Positions 20,860-31,491 of a stretch of DNA of 64,000 nt are shown here, in pieces; position 1 is the first letter of the stretch, and each line of letters begins with the position of its first letter. A model generated the notes under the pieces. The model was not told where the DNA came from. It made no database searches and worked only from the letters and a program-made list of their open reading frames with translations. Source of the stretch: a virus (lineage: Duplodnaviria; Caudoviricetes); IMG/VR virus record IMGVR_UViG_3300032030_000005, positions 1-64,000 of that record. One strand, given 5' to 3'. The position numbers and the translations under genes were made by a program.

Positions 20860-21249
20860 TTACTTATTGATTTCTTCTGAGAACTTAGGGAATACCTTAA
20901 GAGAAACTCTCTTCTTAGCTGGGATAGTGATCTTAGCACCAGTCTTAGGATTTACACCTGGACGTTCCTTCTGTTCGTTTACTGAGAAACGACCAATTCC
21001 CGGAAGAATAAATGTAGCCTTATCAGCGTCTGTTGTCTTAGCAAATGTTGAGAAAGATTCTGAGAATGCGTTAAGTACCTTAGATACTTCATCCTTAGTG
21101 ATCTTCTTATCATTCTTAGCATTATATGTATCTCTAACAAGTACACAAAGATCATCGATGTTTGTGATGTTTGTCTTTGTTGATACAGTAGCCTTCTTTT
21201 CTTCTGTTGCTGCAGGCTTTGAAACCTTCTTAATAATCTTAGTAGCCAT
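20860..21249 (-). CDS. hup: HU/IHF-family DNA-binding protein
   Basis: LPGIGRFSVNEQKERPGVNPKTGAKITIPAKKRVSLK signature. Confidence 0.93.
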   Translation of the reverse strand: MATKIIKKVSKPAATEEKKATVSTKTNITNIDDLCVLVRDTYNAKNDKKITKDEVSKVLNAFSESFSTFAKTTDADKATFILPGIGRFSVNEQKERPGVNPKTGAKITIPAKKRVSLKVFPKFSEEINK

Positions 21250-21550
21250 GGTTAATTACTCCTTTAAATTAAAATAATTTTTAATAATGTCATATAATAG
21301 ATTATGTAAATCTTATTATACTAATTTGTTATTTTATAAAACTAAAATTTTTTTTTAAATTTTTCTATTTTCGTAATAATTATTTCATTTTAATTTTATA
21401 ATATATTATTGTTTAATAATTAAAAAATAAATTTTCAAATGAAAATATATATTATAATTAGGTTTAACCTAGAAAATTGATTAATTAAATGTTATAAAAT
21501 TTGAAAATAAAAAGGTTAACAATAAAAATAGATATAGGAGGATAAAATCT

Positions 21551-23092
21551 ATGATTGAAAAATTTGAAGAATTGTGGCAAGATATGTATCATACATTACA
21601 GGATACATCTAATCCAGATAAGTTCAATGAAGAAATCTTTCATCTAAAAGAAAATGATGATATACTACAGCAAGTAATAGATGCTTGTAAATCATTAGAG
21701 ACAATAAGTGGTATTAAATTTATTTCAGCTACAAAGAAAGATGAAAGATCTTTATATGCTCCATCTACTGAAATTACAGATATTCCATATGAAAGATCAA
21801 GACTCATTCAGATTGATATGACATTTGAACTTTCAGATAATAAGGGAGAAACAAAGACAATTGAAAAGAAATTATATTTCCCTAAACTTATTAATGGATG
21901 TTATTATCTGATTAAGGACGTTATGTACTTTCCTATATTTCAGATTATTGATGCAGAGACTTATAGGACTAATAGTAGTATTACTATGAGAACTGCACTT
22001 CAGCCAATAGTTGTTTCTTATAAGAATACTACTATTAAGACTGTTGAAAATGAAGAAATAGACGGATATTATACTTTCAGTAAAATATTTGATACTAAGA
22101 TTCCTATCTTTATCTACTTCTTCGCTAATTATGGAGTAAATGGAACTTTAAAGTTTCTTGATCTTGAGGAACACTTCTTGATATTAGATAAGAAGAGATA
22201 TGATGATTTTGATTCAGATAATTATTATCTCTTTAAATTAGGAAGTATGCTTTATCTTGCAGCAGACAAAGATTATGTTAATCAGTCAGTCAACAATAAA
22301 ATGATGATGATCACTTTTCTTAATGCTTTCTTAAAGAAAGACAAAGTATCAACAGATAAGCTGGATGACCTTAACTACTGGGTTAAGAAGCTTGGTAGTT
22401 ACTTTACTAAGAATCCAACTAATTATGATACTAAGGGTAAATCAGTAAAATTATCATTTGAAAGACTTCTTGACAATACAACCAAGAGAATTATTAGATT
22501 AGCAGATAGAGACAAAGAATCAGTATATACTTTATTAAGATGGTTCTTAATTAACTATAATGACTTACTCTATCAGGATAATGATGATCTTGCAAATAAG
22601 AAGTTAAGATTAAATGAATGCTTTATCTTCCCATTACTTAAAACATGGACAGATGGTGTATTAAGAATTCTTAATGGTAAGAATATTACAATTAAGACTC
22701 TTGAAAGTCTGTTCAGTAACATTACACCAGACTTCCTGATTACCAAGATTAAAAATGATAATCTTAGATATATGAATAATGTAGATAGTATTGATATATC
22801 TAATAAACTTAAATTAACAATAAGCGGTAATCAGAGTATAAGTAATTCTAAAGGAGAAATTAAGGGAAAAACCCTTCATCCAAGTCTCATAGGAAATATT
22901 GATCTTATCTTTACATCAAATAATAATCCAGGTGAGACTAGATGTCTCACAATAGGTGCAAAACTTAATGACACATGGCACTTCTCAGATGAGCCAAATA
23001 TTAAGGCAAGCAGTTATGATGGAGAAGATGAAGATATTAATTTAAATGAAGAAGTATTGGATGAAATCGAGGACATCGATGAGTTCTTTTAA
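21551..23092 (+). CDS. Multisubunit RNA polymerase beta subunit, N-terminal half (probably non-virion RNAP)
   Basis: LYFPKLINGCYYLIKDVMYFPIFQI and HPSLIGNIDLIFTSNNNPG align with conserved beta regions; early promoter upstream. Confidence 0.75.
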   Translation: MIEKFEELWQDMYHTLQDTSNPDKFNEEIFHLKENDDILQQVIDACKSLETISGIKFISATKKDERSLYAPSTEITDIPYERSRLIQIDMTFELSDNKGETKTIEKKLYFPKLINGCYYLIKDVMYFPIFQIIDAETYRTNSSITMRTALQPIVVSYKNTTIKTVENEEIDGYYTFSKIFDTKIPIFIYFFANYGVNGTLKFLDLEEHFLILDKKRYDDFDSDNYYLFKLGSMLYLAADKDYVNQSVNNKMMMITFLNAFLKKDKVSTDKLDDLNYWVKKLGSYFTKNPTNYDTKGKSVKLSFERLLDNTTKRIIRLADRDKESVYTLLRWFLINYNDLLYQDNDDLANKKLRLNECFIFPLLKTWTDGVLRILNGKNITIKTLESLFSNITPDFLITKIKNDNLRYMNNVDSIDISNKLKLTISGNQSISNSKGEIKGKTLHPSLIGNIDLIFTSNNNPGETRCLTIGAKLNDTWHFSDEPNIKASSYDGEDEDINLNEEVLDEIEDIDEFF

Positions 23093-23150
23093 TTAATTAT
23101 ATATTATAAAAGTGTCTAGTAGACAATTATAAATATAGGAGGATTAATTA

Positions 23151-25259
23151 ATGAAGAAACATCAGATTGAACAGGTTGTAAAAATGGCTGACAAGTTTAA
23201 AGAAGGTCATGGCTTTTTAGGCCCAACCTGTATGATACCGGGACTATCTTTAACAGATAGTAACCGAGCACAGATGGATGCTTCTCATCTCGATCAGAGA
23301 TTACAGGTTTTAGAACCACAAGCACCATTAGTATACACTGGCTATGAGAATGAATGGGGAAAATATTCGTCAGGATATTGTGAACTTAAGGGTACATGGA
23401 AGGTTATGGCTAAGATAATTAGAAATGATTATCTCTATGTATTAATTCTTAAGAAGTTAAAGCATTCTAAAGAAGAGCTTAATGACCTTAAGACTAAAGG
23501 AAAAAAGCCTGAACATGATATTGGTGAATACCATATAGTAGAAAGATGTGAATGTACACATCTTACTGAAAAGTATGGATATCAACATGATAATACAGTT
23601 ATTGATTCACTTAAAAAAGGTGATGTCCTTAAAGAAGATACTGTTCTCTATAAAGACAATAATAGAGATTCTAGAATGAATCTTACTCATGGAAGAAATC
23701 TTAATTTAGTGTATTTAACATATGCTGGATTAACTAATGAAGATGCGATTGTTATTAGTAAATCTGCAGCTAAGAAAATGGGCTACTATCAGGTTAAAGT
23801 AGTAGAAGTGTCTTTAAATACTAACGATATATTTGTAAATATGTATGGTAAAAAGACTAAAGATAAAAAGAAATATATTTATAAGGCCTTTCCTGATATT
23901 GGTGAAGAGTGTATAGATGGTCTGTTATGTGCTACTAGACGAATAGACTATAAGACTGCACCAATTATATTAGCAGATACCATTAATCTTATTAATGATG
24001 ATATTAAATATAGAGGACATGGTAAGGTTGTTAATATAGAAGTTATTAGTAATATAGAAAATCCAGAAGAAGTTCTTGATAATATGTACAATAAACAGAT
24101 TAAAAAATATTATGATGAACAACAGAACTTCTACAATAACTTTATTAAATATTCAGAACCTATTCTCACAGACACAACTAATAAGGTAAGTACAGACTAT
24201 GTTGATCTTTACAACTATTATTGCAAATTAACCGATCCAAATAATAAGTTTTTAGTAAGTGACAATTTATTTGATCATCTTAAGATTAAATTTACATTAC
24301 TGGAATCTGTGCCTTTAGATGTTGGTAATAAACTGGCAGGACGCTACGGTGACAAAGGAGTTATATCTTGTGTGCTTCCTGATGAAGAAATGCCTAAGAT
24401 TGAAGACTTTGCAGGCCTTGGTGGTTTAGATCCAGACAGTGTTGTTAATTTCAATATAGACATAATTTGTAATCCACTCGGTATCATTAATAGACTTAAT
24501 CCATCTCAGAATATTGAAATGGAATTAAACTATAACTCTAAATTTATAAGATATCAGATGGAACAGCATTGGGGAGAATGGACAGTTAAAGAACAGATCA
24601 AATACTTATTAGATTATATAAATGTAATTGATCCAAAGGAAAAAGAGAGAATTGAAAATATATTTAAAAAATTAAATGAAGAAGATAAAGAAGAACTCTT
24701 AGAAGGATTCATTAGAAATGGTATTCCGATCCACCAGCCACCTATTAATGGTGCTAAGAATATCATGGATCTGGCGAGAGTTTATGAATATACAGGCGTT
24801 GATAGAACTAAACTTTACAATATTGAAAATACAGTAATCTTTGGTGAAAAGTTTATGATGACTCTTAAGCATACACCACAGAGTAAATTTAGTGCTAGAA
24901 GTGTAGATCAGCTTAGTATAAAGAATATTCCAGTTAAATCTGAATTATATAAAGAATATAAAGCTGACTATTCTACAAACGCCATCAAGGTCGGTGAGAT
25001 GGAAAATATTAATCTCGGCCTAGCAAATCCAGCAAATAAGGGTGCTATGCAGATTAATAAAAACTTCTTAGATTCTCATGCTAATAATGAGGAAATGAGA
25101 ATGGATTTATTAGAGGCACAGTTATTTGATAATCCGTATGACTTCAAAGTAAAGACTTCTGAGACGATGTCTGAAAATAGTAAGATACTTAATACATTCT
25201 TACTATGTAGTCAGTTAGAGACTGAAAATGATGAAGATATGTTCACAGAAGACGAATAA
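23151..25259 (+). CDS. Multisubunit RNA polymerase beta subunit, C-terminal half
   Basis: DSNRAQM, GRNLNLVY..Y.GLTNEDAIVIS, GNKLAGRYGDKGVIS, DIICNPLGIINRLN, LKH, KVGEME motifs. Confidence 0.93.
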   Translation: MKKHQIEQVVKMADKFKEGHGFLGPTCMIPGLSLTDSNRAQMDASHLDQRLQVLEPQAPLVYTGYENEWGKYSSGYCELKGTWKVMAKIIRNDYLYVLILKKLKHSKEELNDLKTKGKKPEHDIGEYHIVERCECTHLTEKYGYQHDNTVIDSLKKGDVLKEDTVLYKDNNRDSRMNLTHGRNLNLVYLTYAGLTNEDAIVISKSAAKKMGYYQVKVVEVSLNTNDIFVNMYGKKTKDKKKYIYKAFPDIGEECIDGLLCATRRIDYKTAPIILADTINLINDDIKYRGHGKVVNIEVISNIENPEEVLDNMYNKQIKKYYDEQQNFYNNFIKYSEPILTDTTNKVSTDYVDLYNYYCKLTDPNNKFLVSDNLFDHLKIKFTLLESVPLDVGNKLAGRYGDKGVISCVLPDEEMPKIEDFAGLGGLDPDSVVNFNIDIICNPLGIINRLNPSQNIEMELNYNSKFIRYQMEQHWGEWTVKEQIKYLLDYINVIDPKEKERIENIFKKLNEEDKEELLEGFIRNGIPIHQPPINGAKNIMDLARVYEYTGVDRTKLYNIENTVIFGEKFMMTLKHTPQSKFSARSVDQLSIKNIPVKSELYKEYKADYSTNAIKVGEMENINLGLANPANKGAMQINKNFLDSHANNEEMRMDLLEAQLFDNPYDFKVKTSETMSENSKILNTFLLCSQLETENDEDMFTEDE

Positions 25260-25352
25260 ATCATGATTTATTGGGATGTTAGCTTGCTTAATTTAAAAAT
25301 TTGCGAGCTAACATCCCTCTATACTTTATTTAGACATATGGAGGATATTATT

Positions 25353-27062
25353 ATGGAGAATTTATTCCCACAAGACACACAGTTCATCAATTGTTTATAC
25401 ACCTTTTCAAGATGGATATACGATAATGAAGGAATGAGAGATCATAAAGAACATGACTCTGTAATATTAGTATGGAAAGATAAAACAGGTAAAAAAGGTT
25501 ATACTTTTATTGAGTCACCTGAGTATACTTTCTATGTAACAAAAGATATAGAAAAACAATTTAGTAAAATTGAAAATGGCTTCGAATATAGATATATATC
25601 TCTTGATGATGTAGTACCAGTTACTACTAAATATGAAAAAAGATATTTAGCTATGAGAGATGCCACAACCAGACAGGAAGTAAAAGATTTCTACAAAGCT
25701 TGTAAAGATGAACAGAATTATAAGAAATTACAGGAAATGCATTACTTCAATGAATTCCACAACTCAGATGTAAATATTACTGATTATTATGTAGATAAAT
25801 TTTGCGTACAGAACGATCAGTCAAAATGTGATTATGGTTTAAGTATAGCAAGTTGTGATATTGAGGTTGATGGTGCTGATTATCCAGGATTCCCTGATGA
25901 AAATATAGCTCCATGCCCGGTTAACTTAATTACTTATTACAATGATCAGACTAATGTATTAACAGTATATATGCTAGAATATGATACAGATACATTTAGA
26001 GATTGTGTAACTAAAACTATAAAACAGAAAGTAAAAGAAGTTAAAGAAAAATACTATAAGTATTTTGATGGTTTTACAGTTAAATGCAAAAAGTTTAAAA
26101 ATGAATTAGCATTGATTAAAAATTATTTTGATGATATCAATACTGATAGACCAGATTATGTAACTTTCTGGAATGCTCGTTTCGATATTCTGACACTATG
26201 GAATAGACTTAAACAGCTCTTGGCCGGTAGTGATCTTACACCAGAAGATATAATGTGTCCTGAAGATTTTCCATTAAAGAGAGTTATTATAAGAATTGAT
26301 GACTCACAGGAATCACAGAACGATTTTACAGCAAGAACTGATGTATTTAATATATATGGTTATTCTGTATGGATTGATATGCTTCCTTTATATGGTAATA
26401 TTACAAGACCTAAAGGTAAAAAAGACTCTTATACTCTTAATGCTATAGGTCTTGAAGAAACAGGTATGTCTAAGGAAGATTTAAGTGCAGAAGATACAGA
26501 TATCAAGACTGCTCATTTAGATAATTATTCATTATTCTTCAAATATGGTTGCATTGATACAATGTTACTAGCATTAATAGTTAAAAATACCGGTTTTATA
26601 AATCTGTTACAGACAATTGTAACACTAACTCATACAAGAGCTAATAAGGCTTTAACAAAAACTGTATGCCTTAGAAACTTCGTTAATTACTTCTATAACT
26701 TAATGGGATATACAATTTCAAATAATAGATGTTATATCCATAATTTTGATAAAACGGGAATTTCTGGGGCTTATGTCGCAGACCCTAATTTATTAGATTT
26801 AATTGGAAGAATTAATGGTATTCCATCTAATAAGATATTAGACTTAGTAATTGATGAAGACTTAAGTTCTATGTATCCAAGTATATTAAGAGCACTTAAT
26901 ATATCATCATCAACTGCTAAATATAGAATAATAGTAAATAAAGGTGCTGAAGATATAACAAAACCATTTATGGAAGCTTATCTTTCAGATGATTCAGTGT
27001 CTTATTGTACTAAATATCATAATCTTCCAGATTATGATGAAATATATAATTTATTTGCATAA
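25353..27062 (+). CDS. Family B DNA polymerase, N-terminal part (3'-5' exonuclease plus motif A)
   Basis: CDIEV, FWNARFD and YGCIDT exonuclease motifs; GAYVADP and DLSSMYPS; GGAGG SD before ATG 25353. Confidence 0.85.
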   Translation: MENLFPQDTQFINCLYTFSRWIYDNEGMRDHKEHDSVILVWKDKTGKKGYTFIESPEYTFYVTKDIEKQFSKIENGFEYRYISLDDVVPVTTKYEKRYLAMRDATTRQEVKDFYKACKDEQNYKKLQEMHYFNEFHNSDVNITDYYVDKFCVQNDQSKCDYGLSIASCDIEVDGADYPGFPDENIAPCPVNLITYYNDQTNVLTVYMLEYDTDTFRDCVTKTIKQKVKEVKEKYYKYFDGFTVKCKKFKNELALIKNYFDDINTDRPDYVTFWNARFDILTLWNRLKQLLAGSDLTPEDIMCPEDFPLKRVIIRIDDSQESQNDFTARTDVFNIYGYSVWIDMLPLYGNITRPKGKKDSYTLNAIGLEETGMSKEDLSAEDTDIKTAHLDNYSLFFKYGCIDTMLLALIVKNTGFINLLQTIVTLTHTRANKALTKTVCLRNFVNYFYNLMGYTISNNRCYIHNFDKTGISGAYVADPNLLDLIGRINGIPSNKILDLVIDEDLSSMYPSILRALNISSSTAKYRIIVNKGAEDITKPFMEAYLSDDSVSYCTKYHNLPDYDEIYNLFA

Positions 27063-27198
27063 AGAAAAAAGATTCCTAAGACTACTTAAGTCTTAGGAAT
27101 CAAAAATAAAATAAATAAAGAAAATAATAAAATAAAGGAGTAAACTAAAAAAACGGCTTGATTACTAGCCTAATTAAATGTTTTGGAGGCAGATTTAA

Positions 27199-27945
27199 AT
27201 GACTCTTACAGATAAAAAAGTTAATACTTTTATTAAAAAACTTTATGATCTGAATCAGATTATGAAATCAATATATAAAGATGAAACAAATTTTTCACCT
27301 AAATATATTTTAACAGAATCAAAAGCTTTATATACAGATGAAGATGCTATACCTGAAATAGTTGAATATATCTTTGATGAAAAATTTGATGGTGAATTTA
27401 ATGTAATAATTGATTCAAAAGATTTATATGATTTTTTAAAAGATTTTAAAAAAGAAATAGTTAAAATAGAAATTGAAGAAACTTCAATAAAAATATATAA
27501 TGAAACTGGTATCATTAAAAGTATTTATAATGATAAAGTAATATCATATAATATTATGGATAAATATAATAAATATAATAATACATATAATAATGAAGAA
27601 TATATTCTTAAGACTGATATACCTGAAGATATGATCTTATATATTAAAGAAAATAATAAAAACTTAATTGAATGTATTATTGATGCAGATAACGAAAGTG
27701 TTCATATTAAAGATTCTGTTGATATATCAAAAATAGAATCCTATATAACATTCTTTATAAATAGTAAATTTATCAATGGACTTTCATATAAAATAAAACA
27801 TCTTAAAAAAGGTGATGTAGTTGAATATACACCTATAGAAGTTTTATTATATGAAGGTAAGGGCGAAAATTACTATAATTTAAATATAAATGTCTATGTA
27901 AAAAATGATGTTATAAAACATCATTTTATGATATGTGACTATTAA
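27199..27945 (+). CDS. Hypothetical protein, possible sliding clamp
   Basis: 248 aa, downstream of the PolB gene; alternating strand/helix pattern (IIDSKDLYDFLK, FFINSKFINGL). Confidence 0.5.
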   Translation: MTLTDKKVNTFIKKLYDLNQIMKSIYKDETNFSPKYILTESKALYTDEDAIPEIVEYIFDEKFDGEFNVIIDSKDLYDFLKDFKKEIVKIEIEETSIKIYNETGIIKSIYNDKVISYNIMDKYNKYNNTYNNEEYILKTDIPEDMILYIKENNKNLIECIIDADNESVHIKDSVDISKIESYITFFINSKFINGLSYKIKHLKKGDVVEYTPIEVLLYEGKGENYYNLNINVYVKNDVIKHHFMICDY

Positions 27946-27994
27946 TATTTGTAAGAAGGCCTTTAACCGGGCCTTCTTTTTTTTTTTATAAAGG

Positions 27995-30466
27995 ATGGTG
28001 AAATTGATGGATAAAAAAGAGTTTAATAAACAAGAAAAAGAAACCGAAAAGGATATTAAACATAGACAAAATTATTTCGGTAAACAAGATGATCATATCG
28101 ATAAGAAAATCCTTGAGTTACAAAAAGGACTTAATAAAGAAGACTCTTTAATAAACTCTACATTATTTGGTGGTTATGAGCATACTGTTAACCAAATTAA
28201 TAATACAGAGTATGATCCTAGTTTAGAATTAGCTAAAAGATTAGAGAAGCTTAATAGTAAATATAAGCCAATTATAGGTTCTAATCCTATGGAATTTCTC
28301 AATAGAATTGAAATGGATAGTAAAACATTAGATCCTAATGAGAAAAAGGTTAATGGTAAAAACGGTAGAATTAAAAAGCTTGAATCTATGTTAAAGAATT
28401 CTAATGGTGAATTCTTCTTAGAAGAAAAAGATAGATTTTTTAAATATGAAGACTATAGACTTATAGATAGCTACATTCCAGAAGTATCTAAATGTTTAGA
28501 TTTATATAGAGACTGTATTTTATCACCAGATGATTTAACAAAAACATCTTTAAACTACTATTATAATAATGATAGTATGTCTAATAATAAATCGGATGAA
28601 TTAATATATATTTCAAAGAATCTTGAAACATTAGAAACATTATATGATTTAAAGAAAATAATTAGAACTGATATTAGAGAAGGTTGTAAGATAGGTGACT
28701 TATTCTATCTTATTATGCCTTATAATGTAGGTTTTACAAAAGTCTTTAAAGAAAATATGATGAGTGAATCGTTTGATATAGAAGCGGATCAAGGTACAAT
28801 TTTAACAGAGGACCTCTTTAACTTAGATGATGATAATGATTTCAAAGGATTATTTGAGAATGAAATATATTTAAATGAAGATTCTAAAAGAGCTGTAGAA
28901 AAGAAACAAACTATAGAACAGGCTAAAAAAGATATCTTAGATTCTATTAACAATAATATTAAATTCTATAAAGATCCTTCAGATATATTATCTGAAAAGA
29001 AACAAGAATCTGCTAAATCTAAGAATTTAAAAGATCTTAAATTAACAGGTAGTATATTTAAGAAATTAGCTCCTGAAAATATAGTAGTATTAGAATTAGA
29101 TGAACAGGTATTAGGTTACATTTATATCGAAAAAAATAATATTAATCTTCAGCATGATAGACAAGGTTCTAGAAATATGAATCCTAACTCATTAAGATCG
29201 GGCAATACAGGATCATCTATTAATACTTCTGATAGTTTAGGATATGGATCAAATGATATTTTTAACTCTAGATATGATTATCTTAATAGAGATCAGACTC
29301 AAATTAAGTCTAAGTATGCTTTAATATCATCTATATTTGTTAAAGGTATTTCTAAGAAAGTTAATAAAGATTTCTTAATGAGAAATCAGGAATTTAAAAA
29401 GTTAATATATACATTGGTACATGAAGAATATATCACTAAAAAAGAAATTAAAATGACATTTATTGAACCTCAATATATTTATCATTTTAAATTAGAAAGT
29501 ACTGATTTATATGGTGTTAGTAAAATGGCCAAGAGTATTTTCTTCTGTAAATTATATCTCAGTCAGTTATTAACTAATATCATGCAGAAAGTTATACGTG
29601 GTAGAGATCGTAGAGCATATTACATCGAAACTGGTTTAGATGATGATATGGAAGGTACAGTTCAGGAATTCATAAGAGATGTTAAGTCAAAAGAATTAAC
29701 ATCCGGATACTTAAAAAATATAACAACTATTCTTAATAGTGTCGGAGCTGCTGAAGACTTCTATATTCCTACGATAGATGGTCAGAGGTCAATAGAAATA
29801 GACACTGTGCCTGGAATGGATGTAGAAATGGAGAATGACTTCACACAAGGATTACTTAAGTCAATTGTTATTGGTATGGGTGTTCCATATAATTATATAG
29901 ATGCTACTATGGAAGTGGACTTTGCAAGAACTCTTACAATGGTTAATAATCCTTTTGTAAGAAATATTATTAACATGCAAGAAGAATTTGGTAAGTTCTA
30001 TTCATCTATTATAAGAGCATTATATAAGAATGAATTTATGCAAGACTTTACTAATGCTACTAAAGGTCAAGTTGATAAGACTAAAAAGAATAGTTATTTA
30101 TCAATTAATATAAATAACCTTGAATTAAGATTCCCTACACCTATCTATTTAGTATTAACTAATATGAATGAACAGGTTCAGAATGCTCAACAGTTAACAG
30201 AGTTTATCACTCTGCAGTATTTCCCAGAAGATCCAACAGGTCAAGCAGGTCTGGACTATAATAATGAATTAGATAAGGCTTCTTTCAGAAGAGAGCTTTA
30301 TAAGAATCATTTCTTACCATTATTACAGTGGGAGTCATTTGATAAAATATTCTCTCAAGTTAAACAAGATGGTAATAAACGTAAAACAAAAGATAACATT
30401 AATTTTGATGCCAATGGTAAACCAAAAGATGAACTTGATATGCTTGAAGAAAATGACTTTGATTAA
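27995..30466 (+). CDS. Portal protein (T4 gp20-like, jumbo-phage type)
   Basis: YRLIDSYIPEVSKCLDLYRDCILSPD, RGRDRRAYYIE, EDFYIP, IDTVPG and GVPYNYI motifs. Confidence 0.8.
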   Translation: MVKLMDKKEFNKQEKETEKDIKHRQNYFGKQDDHIDKKILELQKGLNKEDSLINSTLFGGYEHTVNQINNTEYDPSLELAKRLEKLNSKYKPIIGSNPMEFLNRIEMDSKTLDPNEKKVNGKNGRIKKLESMLKNSNGEFFLEEKDRFFKYEDYRLIDSYIPEVSKCLDLYRDCILSPDDLTKTSLNYYYNNDSMSNNKSDELIYISKNLETLETLYDLKKIIRTDIREGCKIGDLFYLIMPYNVGFTKVFKENMMSESFDIEADQGTILTEDLFNLDDDNDFKGLFENEIYLNEDSKRAVEKKQTIEQAKKDILDSINNNIKFYKDPSDILSEKKQESAKSKNLKDLKLTGSIFKKLAPENIVVLELDEQVLGYIYIEKNNINLQHDRQGSRNMNPNSLRSGNTGSSINTSDSLGYGSNDIFNSRYDYLNRDQTQIKSKYALISSIFVKGISKKVNKDFLMRNQEFKKLIYTLVHEEYITKKEIKMTFIEPQYIYHFKLESTDLYGVSKMAKSIFFCKLYLSQLLTNIMQKVIRGRDRRAYYIETGLDDDMEGTVQEFIRDVKSKELTSGYLKNITTILNSVGAAEDFYIPTIDGQRSIEIDTVPGMDVEMENDFTQGLLKSIVIGMGVPYNYIDATMEVDFARTLTMVNNPFVRNIINMQEEFGKFYSSIIRALYKNEFMQDFTNATKGQVDKTKKNSYLSININNLELRFPTPIYLVLTNMNEQVQNAQQLTEFITLQYFPEDPTGQAGLDYNNELDKASFRRELYKNHFLPLLQWESFDKIFSQVKQDGNKRKTKDNINFDANGKPKDELDMLEENDFD

Positions 30467-30510
30467 AATAAAAACCCCTAAGACTATTAGTCTTAGGGGT
30501 ATATTTTTTA

Positions 30511-31416
30511 TTAAAGGTTATTAGTACCACTTGTTGCATCCCATGCTGGAGCTCTAAGCTTTTCATCACCGATTTCAACTTTGATACCTGTATTAAGATC
30601 GTTCCAACCACCTGTAGGAAGATTAGCAAGAGTTGAATCTGGCTTAGCCATACTATCTTTATAATCTCTGTTAGATGGATCGAAGTCTGCAGTTGTAAGA
30701 ACTGGATAAGGTCTAGCAAGAGTTGTATGCTGATCCTTAAGAACTTCTGCTGCAAAGTTATCAACTTCCTGACCGATATGTAAGTCACCTACAAAGTTAA
30801 CATCAATTTCAGGTGAAGTATGATCACCTTGCTGATAGTTAAAGTGACTAAGAGGAATCATTGTTGGCATTACAGCTGTATAGAAAGCTGCAAATTCAAT
30901 ATTGTTTCTCTCAACGTTATTAGCATCCGGTCTTGTAACGATATATAAAAGTTCACCAGTATGATTCTTAGCACCATATGAACAACCAAATGCTCTACAA
31001 TAAGGTGCAATATCTGTTTCAGGATCACGAATACCAGAAACCCAGAACTGATACATATTCTTAATCGGGTTGCCTGAGAATTCCTGATGCTTAATCATAA
31101 AGTTTGTATTCTGCTTTGAGATTGTAGCTGCATATTCATAGTTATTACCATTGAATGTATGAGCATACTGAGCTGTCTGTAATTCGATATTTGTAAGACC
31201 ATCAAAAGCTTTAAAGTTCTTTTGAGTCATATCTGCAAAGTTTGTATATGTCTTTTCAACCCAGAATGGTAACTTAGTCCAAATAATAAATGAATAACCG
31301 GTAACGAGCGGATCGAAATCAAGCTTTTGTGTATTCATTTTACCTGTGAACCAACTACCTTGAACTCTGGTTTTGTCCATATCGAAAATATTAATTTGTT
31401 TACCAGGTATTAACAT
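30511..31416 (-). CDS. Tail tube protein
   Basis: Directly downstream of the sheath gene; FWVSGIRDP and FYTAVMPTMIPL tube-like motifs. Confidence 0.7.
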   Translation of the reverse strand: MLIPGKQINIFDMDKTRVQGSWFTGKMNTQKLDFDPLVTGYSFIIWTKLPFWVEKTYTNFADMTQKNFKAFDGLTNIELQTAQYAHTFNGNNYEYAATISKQNTNFMIKHQEFSGNPIKNMYQFWVSGIRDPETDIAPYCRAFGCSYGAKNHTGELLYIVTRPDANNVERNNIEFAAFYTAVMPTMIPLSHFNYQQGDHTSPEIDVNFVGDLHIGQEVDNFAAEVLKDQHTTLARPYPVLTTADFDPSNRDYKDSMAKPDSTLANLPTGGWNDLNTGIKVEIGDEKLRAPAWDATSGTNNL

Positions 31417-31491
31417 ATGTTGTAACTCCTTTCATAAATTAATTAACATAAAGAGTTAAATAAATTTAACTCTTTATGTTTTATTTTATAA

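Noticed and set aside
20867-21277. 136-aa plus-strand ORF
   Set aside because: Antisense shadow of the HU gene
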